This document shows, piece by piece, positions 1 to 12,698 of a stretch of 64,000 nucleotides of DNA (positions are counted from its first letter, which is position 1; the number at the start of each line of letters is the position of its first letter). Both the position numbers and the translations under genes were made by a program. The stretch covers positions 7,070,001 to 7,134,000 of the forward strand of contig CM075989.1 in assembly GCA_038087875.1 (NCBI GenBank), given 5' to 3'. Origin of the DNA: Malacoraja senta. Its lineage: Eukaryota. Below the pieces are notes generated by a model. It saw only the letters and a program-made list of their open reading frames with translations. It searched no databases and was not told the DNA's origin.

Positions 1-245
1 TGGGCAATTGTACCAGAGATAATCCATTGTTTTGAGGAAGACAGGCTTAACATGCGGGTTGTTTTGATGGTAGTTAGCGTTTTTTCTGATAACTGGTTCA
101 AAGGTTCGGAAAGGTTTTAAAGAGCAAACATGCATCTCATATTTTCCAAATGGATATAGTGTAAGAGGATTTTGATGGGATTCTTCCCCATTATTTATAG
201 AAGATAAACGATGAAATGATGTATGATATGAAGTAATTTTTGATT

Positions 246-550
246 GAAAGATGCAGCGTGGAAAAAGGCCCTTCGACCCAACAAGTGTACGCCAACCCGT
301 CGATCACCTGTTCGCACTAGTTCTATAGTATTCCATTTTGGGGGCAATCCACTAGGGGCAATTTACAGAGACTAATTTACAGAGGCCAAACCCGTACGTC
401 TTTGGGATGAGGGAGGAAACCAGAGCACCTGGAGGAAATCCACGTGGTCACTTGAAGAACATGCAATCTCCACACAGACAGCATCTAAGGTCAGGATCTA
501 ACCTGAGTCTCTGGCGCTGTGAGGCAGCAGCTCTACCAGCTGTGTCACCT
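246..550 (-). mobile_element. HE1-like tRNA-derived V-SINE (diverged)
   Basis: Reverse complement of the SINE consensus seen ~30 times in the window: tRNA-like head, V-domain, GGGCCGAAGGGCC tail. Confidence 0.8.
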
Positions 551-1374
551 TGCGACTCTATCTATTTGATAAGATAGATAGAAAATGATTTCTACTTGTG
601 GAGGGTGATGTTTAGGATATGGGTTTAGTGTAGGAACTGAGGTAAAACAATCAGACATGATCTCATTGAACAGGCAGCAAGCAGGAAGGCCCAAGGAACC
701 AACTCCCATGCCCATTAATTGTCTTATGTTTCCAGGAGAAGGGACATAACAGAATTAAAATGTGGTCAAACAGGATTAATTTCACAAAGAAGCACTTCTT
801 CACACAGAGGAAGTTCAATCCAGGAACTCACTCCTCCCCCCCCCCCAAAAAAAAAATGGCAGTCATATCAGGGGGTAAGTCATGTCCATTGAATCAATTG
901 AAAAGCAAAGATCTGCAGATGTTGGATATCTGAAATACAAAGCAAAAAGTGCAAGAATGCTCAGCAGATCCAACAGCATCCGTGGGGAGTGAACGAGGGA
1001 TAACGTTTCACTCTATCAGAATTATTTATCAAACTCGTCATCAAAGTTGTCCACTTCATACTTTCTTTTTATGATGAAAAGAATGAAGAGTATCGATCCA
1101 TGGAATGATTTGTAACATGGCTTCTGATGGAGAGACTGGAAGATCTATTATGATCAGTCTGGATAAGTCTTTCAAAAAGTAAATAGAAAAAGATGGTGAC
1201 AGTAGACAATTGATATCTGTACATTAGGCAGAGGAAAGACGTTCCTCTCTGTAGTATTAAAAGGGTTATCCCTTATCCTTAGGTGAAGGGTTTGAGTTCC
1301 AGATTTCCCCATCAAGAAAACACCCTCATGGTAACTATTCCGCTGGGTCACCTTAGAATCACGGAGATTCAAGC

Positions 1375-1938
1375 AGATTCTACAGGTGTGACGTAGAAAG
1401 CATTTTATCAGGATGCATCACAGCTTGGTTTGGGAACAGCTCCATCCAAGACCGCAAGAAATTGCATAGAATTGTGGACGCAGCCCAGACCATCACGCAA
1501 ACCAACCTCCTTTCCATTGACTCCATCTACAATTCACAAGGCCTCGGCATGGCCACCATCATAATCAGGGATGAGTCCTTTTCTCCCATCGGACAAGAGG
1601 TACAGAAGCATGAAAAAGTACATATCCAGATTTAGTTTAGAGATTCTGGGACAGTATCTTCCTAACTGTTATGAGGCAACTGAACGATCCTACCAACAAC
1701 TAGAGAGTGGTCCTGAGCTACTATCTACCTCAATGGAGACCCTTGGACTAACTTGAATCGGATTTTACGGGACTTTATCTTGGGCTAAATGTTATTGCCT
1801 TTATCATGTATCTGTACACAGTGGATGACTCGATTGTAATCATATACAGTCTTTCCATTGACTGGTTAGCATGCAACAAAAGCTTTTCACTGTACCTCTT
1901 TCACTGTACAGGTGACAATAACTAAACCAAACTTAACT
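1375..1938 (+). mobile_element. Rex1/Babar-like LINE 3' fragment
   Basis: Encodes degraded ESILSGCITAWFGNSS..RKKL.RIVDAAQTITQTNLPSIDSIY; 3' UTR ...gtgacaataa-(ctaaa) tail; same 3' UTR at 23335-23566 and 37505-37772. Confidence 0.75.
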
Positions 1939-3327
1939 TAGACACTCCAGATGCTGGAATCTAAGGAGGTTAGGCACGATTTCATCCTGAAACATCATCT
2001 ATACTACAGCCTTCACAGATGCTGCCTGACCCACTGAGTTCCTCCTGCAGTCTATTTTTTGCTCCTCTGAATCATATTTGTTTCCAATTAAGTTTTTAAC
2101 GGTTAATGTTTCTGTAGCTGATCACGTGTATCAAATACAGCTGTTAAGTTCTGCTTCTATCCATTTTGTTTTGAGTCACAAAATCGACCTTTAAATTCTC
2201 AAACCAATAGATAATCATGCTGAGAGCAGAACAATTTTCGCCATTTTTTTTAGCAGAGGCAATTGAACACTTCCTGGAGAGTGAAGTTGTCAAATATTTG
2301 CTTTTCTATCATGCTGTTTTATCACGCCAAGTTTCTGAGAGTAACCAAGATAACAACATCCTACTGGAACTGAAGTTTTATGTATCAATTCCAGCAGGAT
2401 ATTGAACACAGAGTAAAGACCTCAACCGAGAGCAATATAACAAATCCTTCACTACTTTGGTCCATCGGAAACTGTTCACTTAGAAGCCTATGGTTTACAA
2501 ACAATTGTAGCCACAAGGAAATAGTCAAAAAGATTAGAAGATTGAAGAGTATTGGTCTCTGGTATCATAAGTTCTTGGAGTAGAATTAGGCCATTCGGCC
2601 CATCAAGTCTACTCCGCCATTCAATCATAGCTGATCTACCTTTCCCTCTCAACCCCATTCTTCTGCCTTGGCCCCATAACCCCAGACACGATTTGGTACA
2701 TGTATGATTCCTTACACAGTGATTAAGGTGGAGACGGAAAGATCTATGATGATCAGTCTGGAGGAACTCCGCAGGTCGGGCAGCATCTGTGGAGGGAAAA
2801 TGGAAAGACAATACTTTGGCTTGGGATTCATCTTCAGACTGAAGAATTTAGTCCTTGATGTCTGGCTGGGATTTTACAACGGTAATCGATTTTCCACTGC
2901 ATATGTCTTCATATCGAGATGGCTTTCTCTGCTGATTTCTTGCCCTAGTGGATACTTGGCAACCATTTACCAGCCAGCTCCATACTGCTGCCAATGGTGT
3001 GGAATGGCTTGAGAATTTAATTCCATGCGACAATTACTAATGAAAGCAACTTTAATCAATGAAAGATCAAAGGGTCATCATCACCGAACAGCGATTAACT
3101 AGTCCGATTTTGCTGTGTTTACTCATTCTGAATTTCCTGCTTCTTCTAAAATACTCTTGGTGTGCATTTATTTACCGTGGCTGGACAAGGGCTCCATCAA
3201 CCTCACCAGTCCTGTGCGCTGCCCAGCTGAGCTGGATCACAACAGCTATGGATGCACGGGCAAGTCTCAAATGACTCCCGCTGTATAATCCATCTCCATT
3301 CAAATCCAGGTGGGAATTGGACACATT

Positions 3328-3472
3328 CAGTGGCGGACTGGCCAGGATGTCAGCTTGCCCGATGGCAAGTGGGCCCCTGATGAAGTGGGCCCCCTATATC
3401 AAGTGGGCCCCTGATGAAGTGGGCCCCCTTTGTCTCCTGGCAACCAATATTTTTAGACCCAGTCCGCCACTG
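3328..3472. mobile_element. hAT-type MITE, 145 bp
   Basis: Perfect 14-bp TIR CAGTGGCGGACTGG; exact 8-bp TSD GACACATT (3320-3327, 3473-3480); internal AAGTGGGCCCC repeats. Confidence 0.93.
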
Positions 3473-3675
3473 GACACATTAGTGGGAAGCCGAGAACAAA
3501 GAGGGATCCAGTGGAGGGAATCTGCCGAGAACATAGAGACATCAACAATCTGTAGTATGAACCAGGTTATCCCTTATCCTGTAGTCAAGGGTTTAAGTTC
3601 CAGATTTCCCCATCAAGAAAACACCCTCATGGTGACTATTCTGCTGGGTCACCTTAGAATCACGGAGATTCAAGC

Positions 3676-3970
3676 AGATTCTACAGGTGTGCCGTAGAAA
3701 GCATTTTATCAGGATGCATCACAGCATGGTTTGGGAACATCTCCACCCAAGACCGCAAGAAATTGCAGAGAATTGTGGACGCAGCCCAGACCATCACACA
3801 AACCAACCTCCCTTCCATTGACTCCATCTACACTTCACGCTGCCTTGGCAAGGACACCAGCGTAATCAACGATGAGTCACACCCGGTCACTTCCTCTTCT
3901 CCCCTCTCCCATCAGACAAGAGGTACAGAAGCGCGAAAAGACACACCTCCAGATTCAGGGACAGTTCCTT
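3676..3970 (+). mobile_element. Rex1/Babar-like LINE fragment (duplicate of the 1375 copy)
   Basis: ORF 3763 QRIVDAAQTITQTNLPSIDSIYTSRCLGK; same 5' junction as the 1375 copy. Confidence 0.75.
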
Positions 3971-4272
3971 CGGCAAGTCTGAGGAAGGGTCTCGACCCGA
4001 AACGTCACCCATTCCTTCTCTCCAGAAATGCTGCCTGTCCCGCTGAGTTACTCCAGCATTTTGCGTCTATCTTCGCCAGCATGACTCCTCTAATAAAATA
4101 CTTTTGTAACGTTGTCGGTGCACGAAACGTGGTGACTCTTTGTGTCCTTTGTGCATCGAATGCAAAAACGAAGAATTTCACCGTACCGATGTACGTACGT
4201 GCGGCAATACAATATCATTGGATCATTGATTGGATCTCCACTTTGGTTCAGTCTTGCAGCTTTTCTGACCTT

Positions 4273-4788
4273 GGTGAGGCCACGGCTGGAGGAGTGTGTG
4301 CAGCTCCGGTCGTCCCATTACAGGAAGGATGTTGAAGCTTTGGAGAGAGTGCAGCAGAGGTTCACCAGAATGCTGCCCAGATTAGAGGGTATTAATGGTA
4401 AAGAGAGGTTGCACAAATTAGGATTGTTCTCTCTAGGGCATCAGAGGCTGAGGGTGGGACATGATGGAAGAATATAAAATGATATCCCTGCAAGAGGCAT
4501 AGACAGGGTAGACAGTCAGAACCTTTTTCCCAGGGTGGAAGTGTCAGTGACAGGAGAGCACTTCCTTGAGGCGAGAGGGGCAAATTTTAAAGGATTTGTG
4601 CAGGGCCAGAGTGGCAGGGGCCTGGAATATGTTTCCAGAGGAGGTGGTGGAGGCAGTTAGGATAGTGGGATTCAAGAGGCTTTTAGATACGTAGGGAATG
4701 GAAGGATCATGTGCAGGCAGAGGAGATTAGTTTAACTTGGCATTGTGTTCAGCATGGACATTGTGGGCCCTGTTCCTGTGTTGTATGA
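4273..4788 (+). mobile_element. CR1/HER1-like LINE 3' fragment
   Basis: LVRPRLEECVQL.S.HYRKDVEALERVQQRFTRMLP, the CR1 ORF2 C-terminal motif; tail gtgggcc..ctgttcctgtg shared with the SINE. Confidence 0.85.
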
Positions 4789-4789
4789 T

Positions 4790-5110
4790 TTAGTTTAGTT
4801 TAGTTTAGTTTAGAGATGCAGGGCGGAAACAGGCCCTTCGGCCCACCGGCTACGCGCCGACCAGCGATCCCCGCACATAAACACCATCCTACACCCACTA
4901 GGGACAATTTTTACATTTACCAAGCCTACAAACCTGTACGTCTTTGGAGTGTGGGAGGAAACCGAAGATCTCGGAGAAAACCCACGCAGGTCATGGGGAG
5001 AACGTACAAACTCCGGACGGACAGCACCCGTAGTCGGGATCGAACCCAGGACTCCGGTGCTGCATTCGCTGTAAGGCAGCAACTCTACCGCTGCGCCAGC
5101 GTGACCGCCC
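4790..5110 (-). mobile_element. HE1-like V-SINE, near full length
   Basis: tRNA-like A/B-box head, V-domain, (CTAAA)n tail. Confidence 0.9.
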
Positions 5111-5946
5111 TGTGAAGATTGCACCCTTGGTGATGTCCACTGTTCGACATTTGGACACCAATATCGAGGACACTGGGGCCCGGTGTAACCCAAGAAGATA
5201 ACAATATAAGAACATGACTCAGCTGACGTCTCATCTTCCCCTTCCTGCCCGATTCCCACAATCCTTGATTCTCCTGCAGTCTAAAAATCTATTCCTGTCT
5301 GTCTTCATTATAATTAGCAACTCATTATTCAGAGCTGTCCGTGATAATATAAGTGCCAATGATGCACAATTTTTCTCGCAAAGTTACTAATTTATTCACT
5401 GTAACCTTGAAAGAGGCCATTCATCCCATCAGATTAATGCCGGCTCCCAGCAGATATTCCTCCCCCCCCCCCCCCCCACCCCCTCACCCAATCGCCCCTC
5501 CGAACCATTGTCATTCTTATTTACCGATTTAGACTTTAGAGACACAGAACGGAAACAGGCCCTTCGGCCCACCAAGTCCATGCCGACCAGCGATCACCCC
5601 ATACACTAGCACTATACTACATGTTACTTACACACTACTAGCTCTGCATTGTCCTTATTCTGCCATGTTTATACCCAACTACACAGACACACATTCTGAT
5701 TACGTTGGTATCAAACGCACTAAGGTCAAGTGTAACCAAGAAGATAACATAGAAGCATAGAAAATAGGTGCATGAGTAGGCCCTTCGAGCCAGCACCGCC
5801 ATTCAATATGATCATGGCTGATCATCCAGAATCAGTACCCCGTTCCAGCTCCTTCCCCATATCCCTTGATTCCCATAGCCCTGAGAGCTAAATCTAACTC
5901 TCTCTTGAAAGCAATATAACAAAGAGCAGAATGAGTAGCATATGAA

Positions 5947-6133
5947 AGAGCTGCAGATACTGATTTATGCCGTAGATAGACACAAAAAGCTGGAGTAACT
6001 CAGCATCTCTGGCAAAAATGAATAAGGGTCCCTGAAGAAGGGTCTCGACCCGAAACGTCACCTATTCCTTTTCTCCAGAGATGCTGCCTGACCCACTCAC
6101 TGAGTTACTCACCAGCTTTTTGTGTCTATCTTC
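5947..6133. mobile_element. Penelope-like pLTR fold-back unit with hammerhead motif
   Basis: Inverted arms flank CTGAAGAAGGGTCTCGACCCGAAACGTC (6032-6059). Confidence 0.8.
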
Positions 6134-8059
6134 AGCAGAAGGAGTAGGTCACACACCCCTCATGTCCAGGCTGGTCTCTGGTTTCAACTTCACCTCCCTG
6201 CCCATTTCCCACAATCCGTACAGACGCAAGGAACTGCAGAAGCTGCTTTACAAAAAAAAAGACACAAAGTGCTGGAGTAACTCAGCAGGTCAAGCAGCAT
6301 CTCTGGAGAACGTGGATAGGTGACGTCTTGAGTCGGCACCCTTCCTCAGTCTAAAGAAGGTTCCTGACCCTGGAAAGTTGTCTATCCATGTTCTCCAGAG
6401 ATGATGCCTGACCTGCTAAGCTACTCCAACACTTTGTGTCTGTCTTTCCAACAATCCTTGATTCAACAGCGGCCCAAAAACACACCTCCAGATGTAATCC
6501 GGACCTCCGGTACTGTCTGTGTGGAGTGTGTGCATTCTCCCGATGACCATATGCATTTCCTGGAGGTGTGTAGGAAAGAACTGCAGATGCTGGATTAAAT
6601 CGAAGGTAGACACAAAATGCTGGAGTAACTCAGCGGGTCAGGCAGCATCTCTGGAGAGAAGGAATGGGTGATGTTTCGGGTCGAGGCGCTAAACGGCACC
6701 CATTCCTTCTTTCCAGAGTAGGTGCTCTAGTCTAGAGACACAGTGCGGACACAGGCCCGTCGGCCCACCAAGTCCACACTGACCAGCGATCACCCGTTCT
6801 ACCTTATCCCACTTTCTCATCCACTCCCAACAGACTTGGGGTAGTTAGTTCTACAGAGACCCATTAACTTAGCAACCCACATATCTTTCAGATGCAAGAG
6901 GAAATCCACATGTGGGAAGAAACTCCGCACACATAGCAGCCGAGGTCAGGATCAAACCCGTGTCTCTTGCACTGTGAGGCAGCAGCGCTATCATCTGCAC
7001 CACTGTGCCACCACTACCAGTCTACCAACTTCCGAGTGTTTCCTCCCACACCCCAAAGATGTAGGGACGAGTAAATTAATTTGGCCGCTGTTACTTGCCC
7101 TATAGTATCTGGAAGCTGGTGATAAGAATGTAGAGTAGGATTTGTGTAAATGGATGGCTGATGCTCGGCATGGACACGATGGGCCGAAGGGTCTATTTCT
7201 CTCCTGTACAACTCTATTGCTCTGTTCCACCTGATCCACAGCAGCAGATTTAGAGTTCAATCTCGTCTCCTTCTGCTGAATATTAAACAGAAGTTAAGAC
7301 TAATTGAGTGTAATCAATGGTGCGAGTGCGTAAGATTACACTGTTCAGGGGAAGGCAATAATTCGCAAGTATAAAGACAGCTGTGCATGCTTTTATCGGA
7401 GATGGAGAGTTGAAAGAGCGAGGTTCTCTCTGCGTTTAAAGGAAAAGAGGTCAAGAAATCTCTGGAGGGCTGAATGATAACACTGCAGTAAGTCATTGGC
7501 AGAGAGTGTCCGCAGTGTAACACAGCATCAAGAACTCGTCCCTTCCCCCATCAACCTTGTGAGTTTCCTTGAAAACCACTTCCCGACTCTGGGGAACAGT
7601 GCAATCCGGTTTCTTTATAGAAATGTTGGAAGGAGCTGCAGATGCTGGTTCACTCCGAAGATAGACACACAGTGCTGGAGTATAACTCAGCGGGTCAGGC
7701 AGCATCTCTGGAGAAAAGGAATAGCTGACGTTTCGGGTCAAGACCGTTCTTCAGACGGAGAGCCAGTCTTTATGGATGATGTATTTACTATACCATCTTC
7801 GGTTCAGATCTTAATCTTCACAGTGCTTCATCTATATTCTCTGATGATGGCCTAGTTTGGTTTGGTTTCGAGATACAATATGGAAACAAGACCTTAGGCC
7901 CACCGAGTCCATGCCGACCATCGATCACCTGTTCACAACAGTTAATTGTTATCCCATTTTCACATCCTCTCCCTACACACTAGGAGCATTTTTACATCGG
8001 CTAATTTACCTATAAACCCGCACGTCCTTGGGATGTGGGAGGAAACCAGAGCACCCGGC

Positions 8060-8343
8060 CCAGTGGCGCAGTGGTAGAGTTGCTGCCTTACAGCGGCAGA
8101 GACCAGGGTTCGATCCTGACCACATAAGATGTCTGTACAGAGTATGTACGTTCTCCCTGTGACTACGTGGGTTTTCTCCAGGATCTCTGGTTCCTACCAC
8201 GTTACAAAGACGTACAGGTTTGTAGGTTAATTGGCTTCCTAGTGTGTAGGATAGAATTAGTGTTAACGGGTATTCATTGGTCTGTGTGGACTCAGTGTAC
8301 TGAAGGGCCTGTTTCCACGCTGTATCTCTAAACTGAACTAAAA
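8060..8343 (+). mobile_element. HE1-like V-SINE
   Basis: tRNA head, V-domain and tail; adjoins a partial minus-strand copy at 7854-8055. Confidence 0.85.
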
Positions 8344-9092
8344 CATGCTCAGTCCAACAAAGGCAATCTAGGTGACCTAGGTGAGGTGATCCATGACAGA
8401 GGGGATCTAGGGCCTTAATACTGGGTTTGTTGACCTGGAGAGGAAGCTGACATTAGAATATGGAAGAGTACTGCACCGGAAGAGGCCCTTCGGCCCAAAA
8501 TGTCCATACTGGGCATGATGCCGAGACCAACTAATTTCCTCTGCCTGCAGATGTCCCACTGAGTGATAGGACACAACTTTAACCTCTCCATGCTGTACAA
8601 TTACCACACCTGGACATAAAAACTCTTCCTTCTTTCAAAACATTTCCCTTCAATCGTTTTTTCCGTATCTAATCAAATTCCGTTCTGGTCCGGTGGGGGC
8701 ACTTGAGCCGAAACTCCATTGTTAATCCATCAACCTTAATTTTCCATTAAGGTTTTCTGTACAAACTTGAACCTACCTTGCTAATAATGCGTGAGACAGA
8801 TGGTCCGTTTGTATAAGGCCGAGGCTAAATAGGCTCCCTCTAATCTCCTTGAGTGCACTGCCGGTCGTTAACGCCCTTGGCACCGCTGACTAACTGGTAG
8901 AATCGGTCTTTGGGGTTTTTTTTTTAAACACCTGTTTTCTCCTCTGTTGACGCATGTGAGAACAGCTTTCTATTCAAAATAATTTTCAATAGTAATACCA
9001 ACGTGGTCAAAGGGAGGGGCAAAGACGAACATAAATGATGCTCACTTCACCCGGTAATGTACCAGCATTGAACAACTAACATTTGTTAAATG

Positions 9093-9332
9093 TTTAAGAA
9101 GGAACTGCTGATGCTGGAAAATCGAAGGTAGACAAAAATGCCGGAGAAACTCAACGGGTGCGGCAGCATCTATGGAGCGAAGGAAATAGGCAACGTTTCG
9201 GGTCGAGACATTTTTACATCAGCCAATTTAAGGTAATTCGGGTCTGAAGAAGGGTCTCGACCCGAAACGTTGCCTATTTCCTTCGCTCCATAGATGCTGC
9301 CTCACCCGTTGAGTTTCTCCAGCATTTTTGTC
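9093..9332. mobile_element. Penelope-like pLTR fold-back insertion with hammerhead motif
   Basis: 15-bp TSD AACATTTGTTAAATG (9078-9092, 9333-9347); inverted arms; hammerhead core from 9244. Confidence 0.88.
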
Positions 9333-9539
9333 AACATTTGTTAAATGATCGGATTTCCTTTACTGGATCTTTGGCATGATGCTTGGCTCCTTCACATGTT
9401 ATGTTTCCTGTGTTACTGGAGTTGTGTAAACATCTCCAGCATGGAGATGCAAGGACATACCAGTTCAGCTGGTAATCTTTCAGTGTTATGCAGAATAGAA
9501 TCTGAGGACCAGCACATATGCAAAGGTGCACTCTCCATC

Positions 9540-10252
9540 TATCTCATTTTCTCTGTCTTTCTTTTTCTCTTCCCTCTTTCATCTCATTCTCCCTCCCCCT
9601 CCCATTTCCCTCTCTCTCTCTTTCCCCTCTTTCCCTTCTCTCTCTATCTCTCACCTATCTTGCTCGCTCTCTCTCACCCTCCCTGCTTCGCTCTCTCTCT
9701 CTCCCATCTCTCTTTATTTCTCATTTATCTTTCCCTCTCCTGCCGCCCTCCCCTCTCCCTTCCTGCCCCACCTACTCCCTCCCTGCCTCACCCTCTCTCT
9801 CTTCCCCCTGTCTCTCTTTCCCCTTCCCTCTTCCCCCTCTCTCTTCCCCCTCTCTCTTCCCCCCTCTCTCTTTCCACCCTCTTTCTTCCCCCTCTCTGTT
9901 CCCCCTCTCCCTTTCCTCCCTCTTTCTTCCCTCTCTCTTCCTCCCCCTCTCTCTTCCCCCTTCTCTCTTTCCCCCCTCTCTCTTCCTCCCCTCTCCCTTC
10001 CTCCTCCCTCTCGCTTTCCCCCTCTCTGTTTCCCCTCCCTCTCTCCCTCACCACTCTCTTTGCCCCTCTCTCTCTCCCCCTCTTTCTTCCTCCCCCTCTC
10101 TCTTCCCCTTCTCTCTTCCTCCCCCTCTCTCTTCCCCCTCTCAGTTTCCCCCGTATCTCCCTTCCTCCCCCTCTCTCTTTCCCCCTCTCTGTTCCCCCCC
10201 CCTCTCTCTTCCCCCCTCTCTCCCCCCCCCCCCCCTCCCACCTCTCCCCTTC
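9540..10252. repeat. Polypyrimidine (CT-rich) low-complexity tract
   Basis: ~700 bp almost entirely C/T with CTCTCTTCCCCC-like units. Confidence 0.95.
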
Positions 10253-10642
10253 TCAGAGAAGAATGGTGCAGGTGGCTGGATGAAGGGAACAGCTCACACT
10301 GTTCTTCTGTTCTGGTTCTTCAGTGAAACCAACAGTGATTATCGGCTTCATCCTCCGCCATCTGTTCTGGCTCACCCACCCTCACTGTACGCTCGCTGTG
10401 TCAATCACCTCACTGGCTTCTGTCACGAAACATGGAACCAAATACGGGAATCATGGCCTTAGCAACAGGCCTGGCCAGGTGCGGCTGTGGGTGACTAATC
10501 GAAGAGGCATTCATTAATTAGCACCTCATTTTCTTTCCTACATACTGTTACACTATGCCCTTCAGTCTGACGAACTAGCTTTATATCCTGAATTCCATCA
10601 AGCACATTTTCAGAATGCACTTATAACAGATGTACATATAAC

Positions 10643-11080
10643 TATAGACAATGGACAATGCACAATATGTGCAGGAGTAGGCCATTTGGCCCTTCGAGCC
10701 AGCAATGTGATCATGGCTGATCATCCACAATCAGTACCCCGTTCCTGCCTTCTCCCCATATCACCTGATTCCGCTATCTTTAGAGCCCTATCTAACTCTC
10801 TCTTGAAAGTATCCAGAGAACCGGCCTCCACCGCCCTCTGAGGCAAAGAATTCCACAGACTCACCACTCTCTGTGTGAAAAAATGTCTCCTCGTCTTCCT
10901 AAACAGTGGCCCCTGGTTCTGGACTCACCCAACATCGGGAACATGTTTCCTGCCTCTAGCTTGTCCAAACCCTTAATAATCTTATATGTTTCAATAAGAT
11001 CTCCTCATCCTTCTAAATTCCAGAGTATCCAAACCCAGCCGCTCCATTCTCTCAGCATATGACAGTCCCGCCATCCCGGA
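10643..11080 (-). mobile_element. CR1-like LINE 3' fragment
   Basis: Matches the CR1 3' end and UTR seen at 33631-34213; followed by a plus-strand CR1 piece at ~11090-11447. Confidence 0.85.
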
Positions 11081-11620
11081 AACGTGCAGCATAATGAAAG
11101 GCCTGGATAGAGTGGGTGTGGAGAAGGGAGAAGATGTGGGGAAGTGGGAGAGTTCAGGATGAAAGGGCACAGCTTAAGAATTAAAGGACGAACCTTTAGA
11201 TTGGAGATGTCGGAACTTCTTTAGCCAGAGTGTGGTGAATCTGTGGAAATTCGTTGCCACAGACGGCGGTGGAGGCCGTCGTTGGGTAGTTGTAAATACC
11301 GCAGATTGATAGCTTCTTGATTAATAAGAGCATCAGAGGTTATGGGGAGAAGGCAGGAGAATGGGGTTGAAGGGGGAAAATAGATCAGCTTTATTGGAAT
11401 GGCAGAGCAGATACGATGGGCCAAATGGCCTCACTGTGCTCCTATGGCCTTTCATACACCCACTGCCTCCTCTTCACTAACACTATTTAGAATTGGCAAC
11501 CAAGTTTTCTAGTAGTTGTATCGTCTGTTTCCTGTCAGTTTCAGCCGAGGAATGGAAATGACCAACAGAGGATGGCAGGCACTTGCTACATGGTCACTCC
11601 ACTCCCAGACATGGCTGAGG

Positions 11621-12698
11621 TAGGGCCGGCCTTAGGAGGTGCGGGGCCCAATTGGGAACAATTTTGGTGAGCCCCAGGTTCCCAGCCAAGGTCAGTAGAA
11701 TCATAGAAATACAAATAAAGTCTATTATAGACTTTATATTTCTATGGTAGAATGGAAAGTAATCAAAATGTGCGCTTAAAAAGTGCATGCGAGTTAATGG
11801 ACCAAACAGATCTCAGCTACATTTTAATATAAAATTGCATACACGTAAGCCTACAAGTAACAAACAAAATGTATAGATCACCTCTGAAAAGTACATAGTT
11901 ACAATACCACTTGTTTTAGTGACTGTGAAAGGAAAAAAAAAAAATTAATTAACTAGATCCTGGCAAACCAATAACTATTGGCGAAAAACCAGTCCAGGCA
12001 TTGAATTTTGGGCTTCAGCCCCATCCTACCCTTTGGGCTTCTATCCCATCCTAACTTAGCTGTGTGTGTGTGTGTGTGTGTGTTAGTTGTCTGTGCATTA
12101 TGTGTGTGTGGGAGGGAAGGAGAGAAAGAAGGGAGGGAGGGAAGGAGAGAAGGGAAAAGAGAGAGAGGAAGGAGAGAGCGAAGGAGAGAAGGGAGGGAGG
12201 GAGGGAGAGAAGGGAGGGAGGGAAGAAGGAAAGGGAGGGAGGGAAGGGAAGAAGAGAAGGGAGAGAGAGGGCCAGCGGCGGGAACGGATGCCGGGGTCCA
12301 GGTGAACGCGTGTGAGCTGAGGCCAAGGTTTGTAAACGTTGCTCCAACCCCGGCCCGGCCCTCCCTGTATTGTTCACCGCGTCTCCCCGGAGAGAGAGAG
12401 GGGTGGAGCCGGGGCTGTGTGCGTGAAGCACGGCAACTGGAGGGGCGGGAACGCTGCCCTGGGACCGTGAGAGACCTCCCCCTCTCCCCCTTCTCCATTC
12501 CCCCTCACACCCCCCTCCCCGCTTACCCCTTTCTTCCCCCTCCACCCCTCTACTCTCTCTCCACCCCTCTCTCCCCCCTCCACCCGGGGTAGATCTACCC
12601 AAGCAGAGAGCGGAGCTTTGGATTACTAGCGGGGGGCTCCCCTTAGGCGCGGGGCCCAATTGGGAGCAATCGGTCCAATCGACTTAAGGCCGGCACTG
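11621..12698. mobile_element. Non-autonomous hAT-type DNA transposon, 1078 bp
   Basis: TIRs TAGGGCCGGCCTTA / CAGTGCCGGCCTTA (rc); exact 8-bp TSD GGCTGAGG (11613-11620, 12699-12706); subterminal GCGGGGCCCAATTGGGA at both ends; internal (TG)n and GA-rich tracts. Confidence 0.92.

Noticed and set aside
8640..8930. Possible mitochondrial rRNA insertion (NUMT)
   Set aside because: Only a superficial resemblance; I could not align conserved 12S/16S motifs
9345..10462. Long ORFs of 266-314 aa in several frames
   Set aside because: Artefacts of a CT-rich tract lacking stop codons; Pro/Leu/Ser-only composition
11953..12659. Overlapping 180-200 aa ORFs
   Set aside because: Simple repeats inside a non-autonomous hAT element; no transposase motifs
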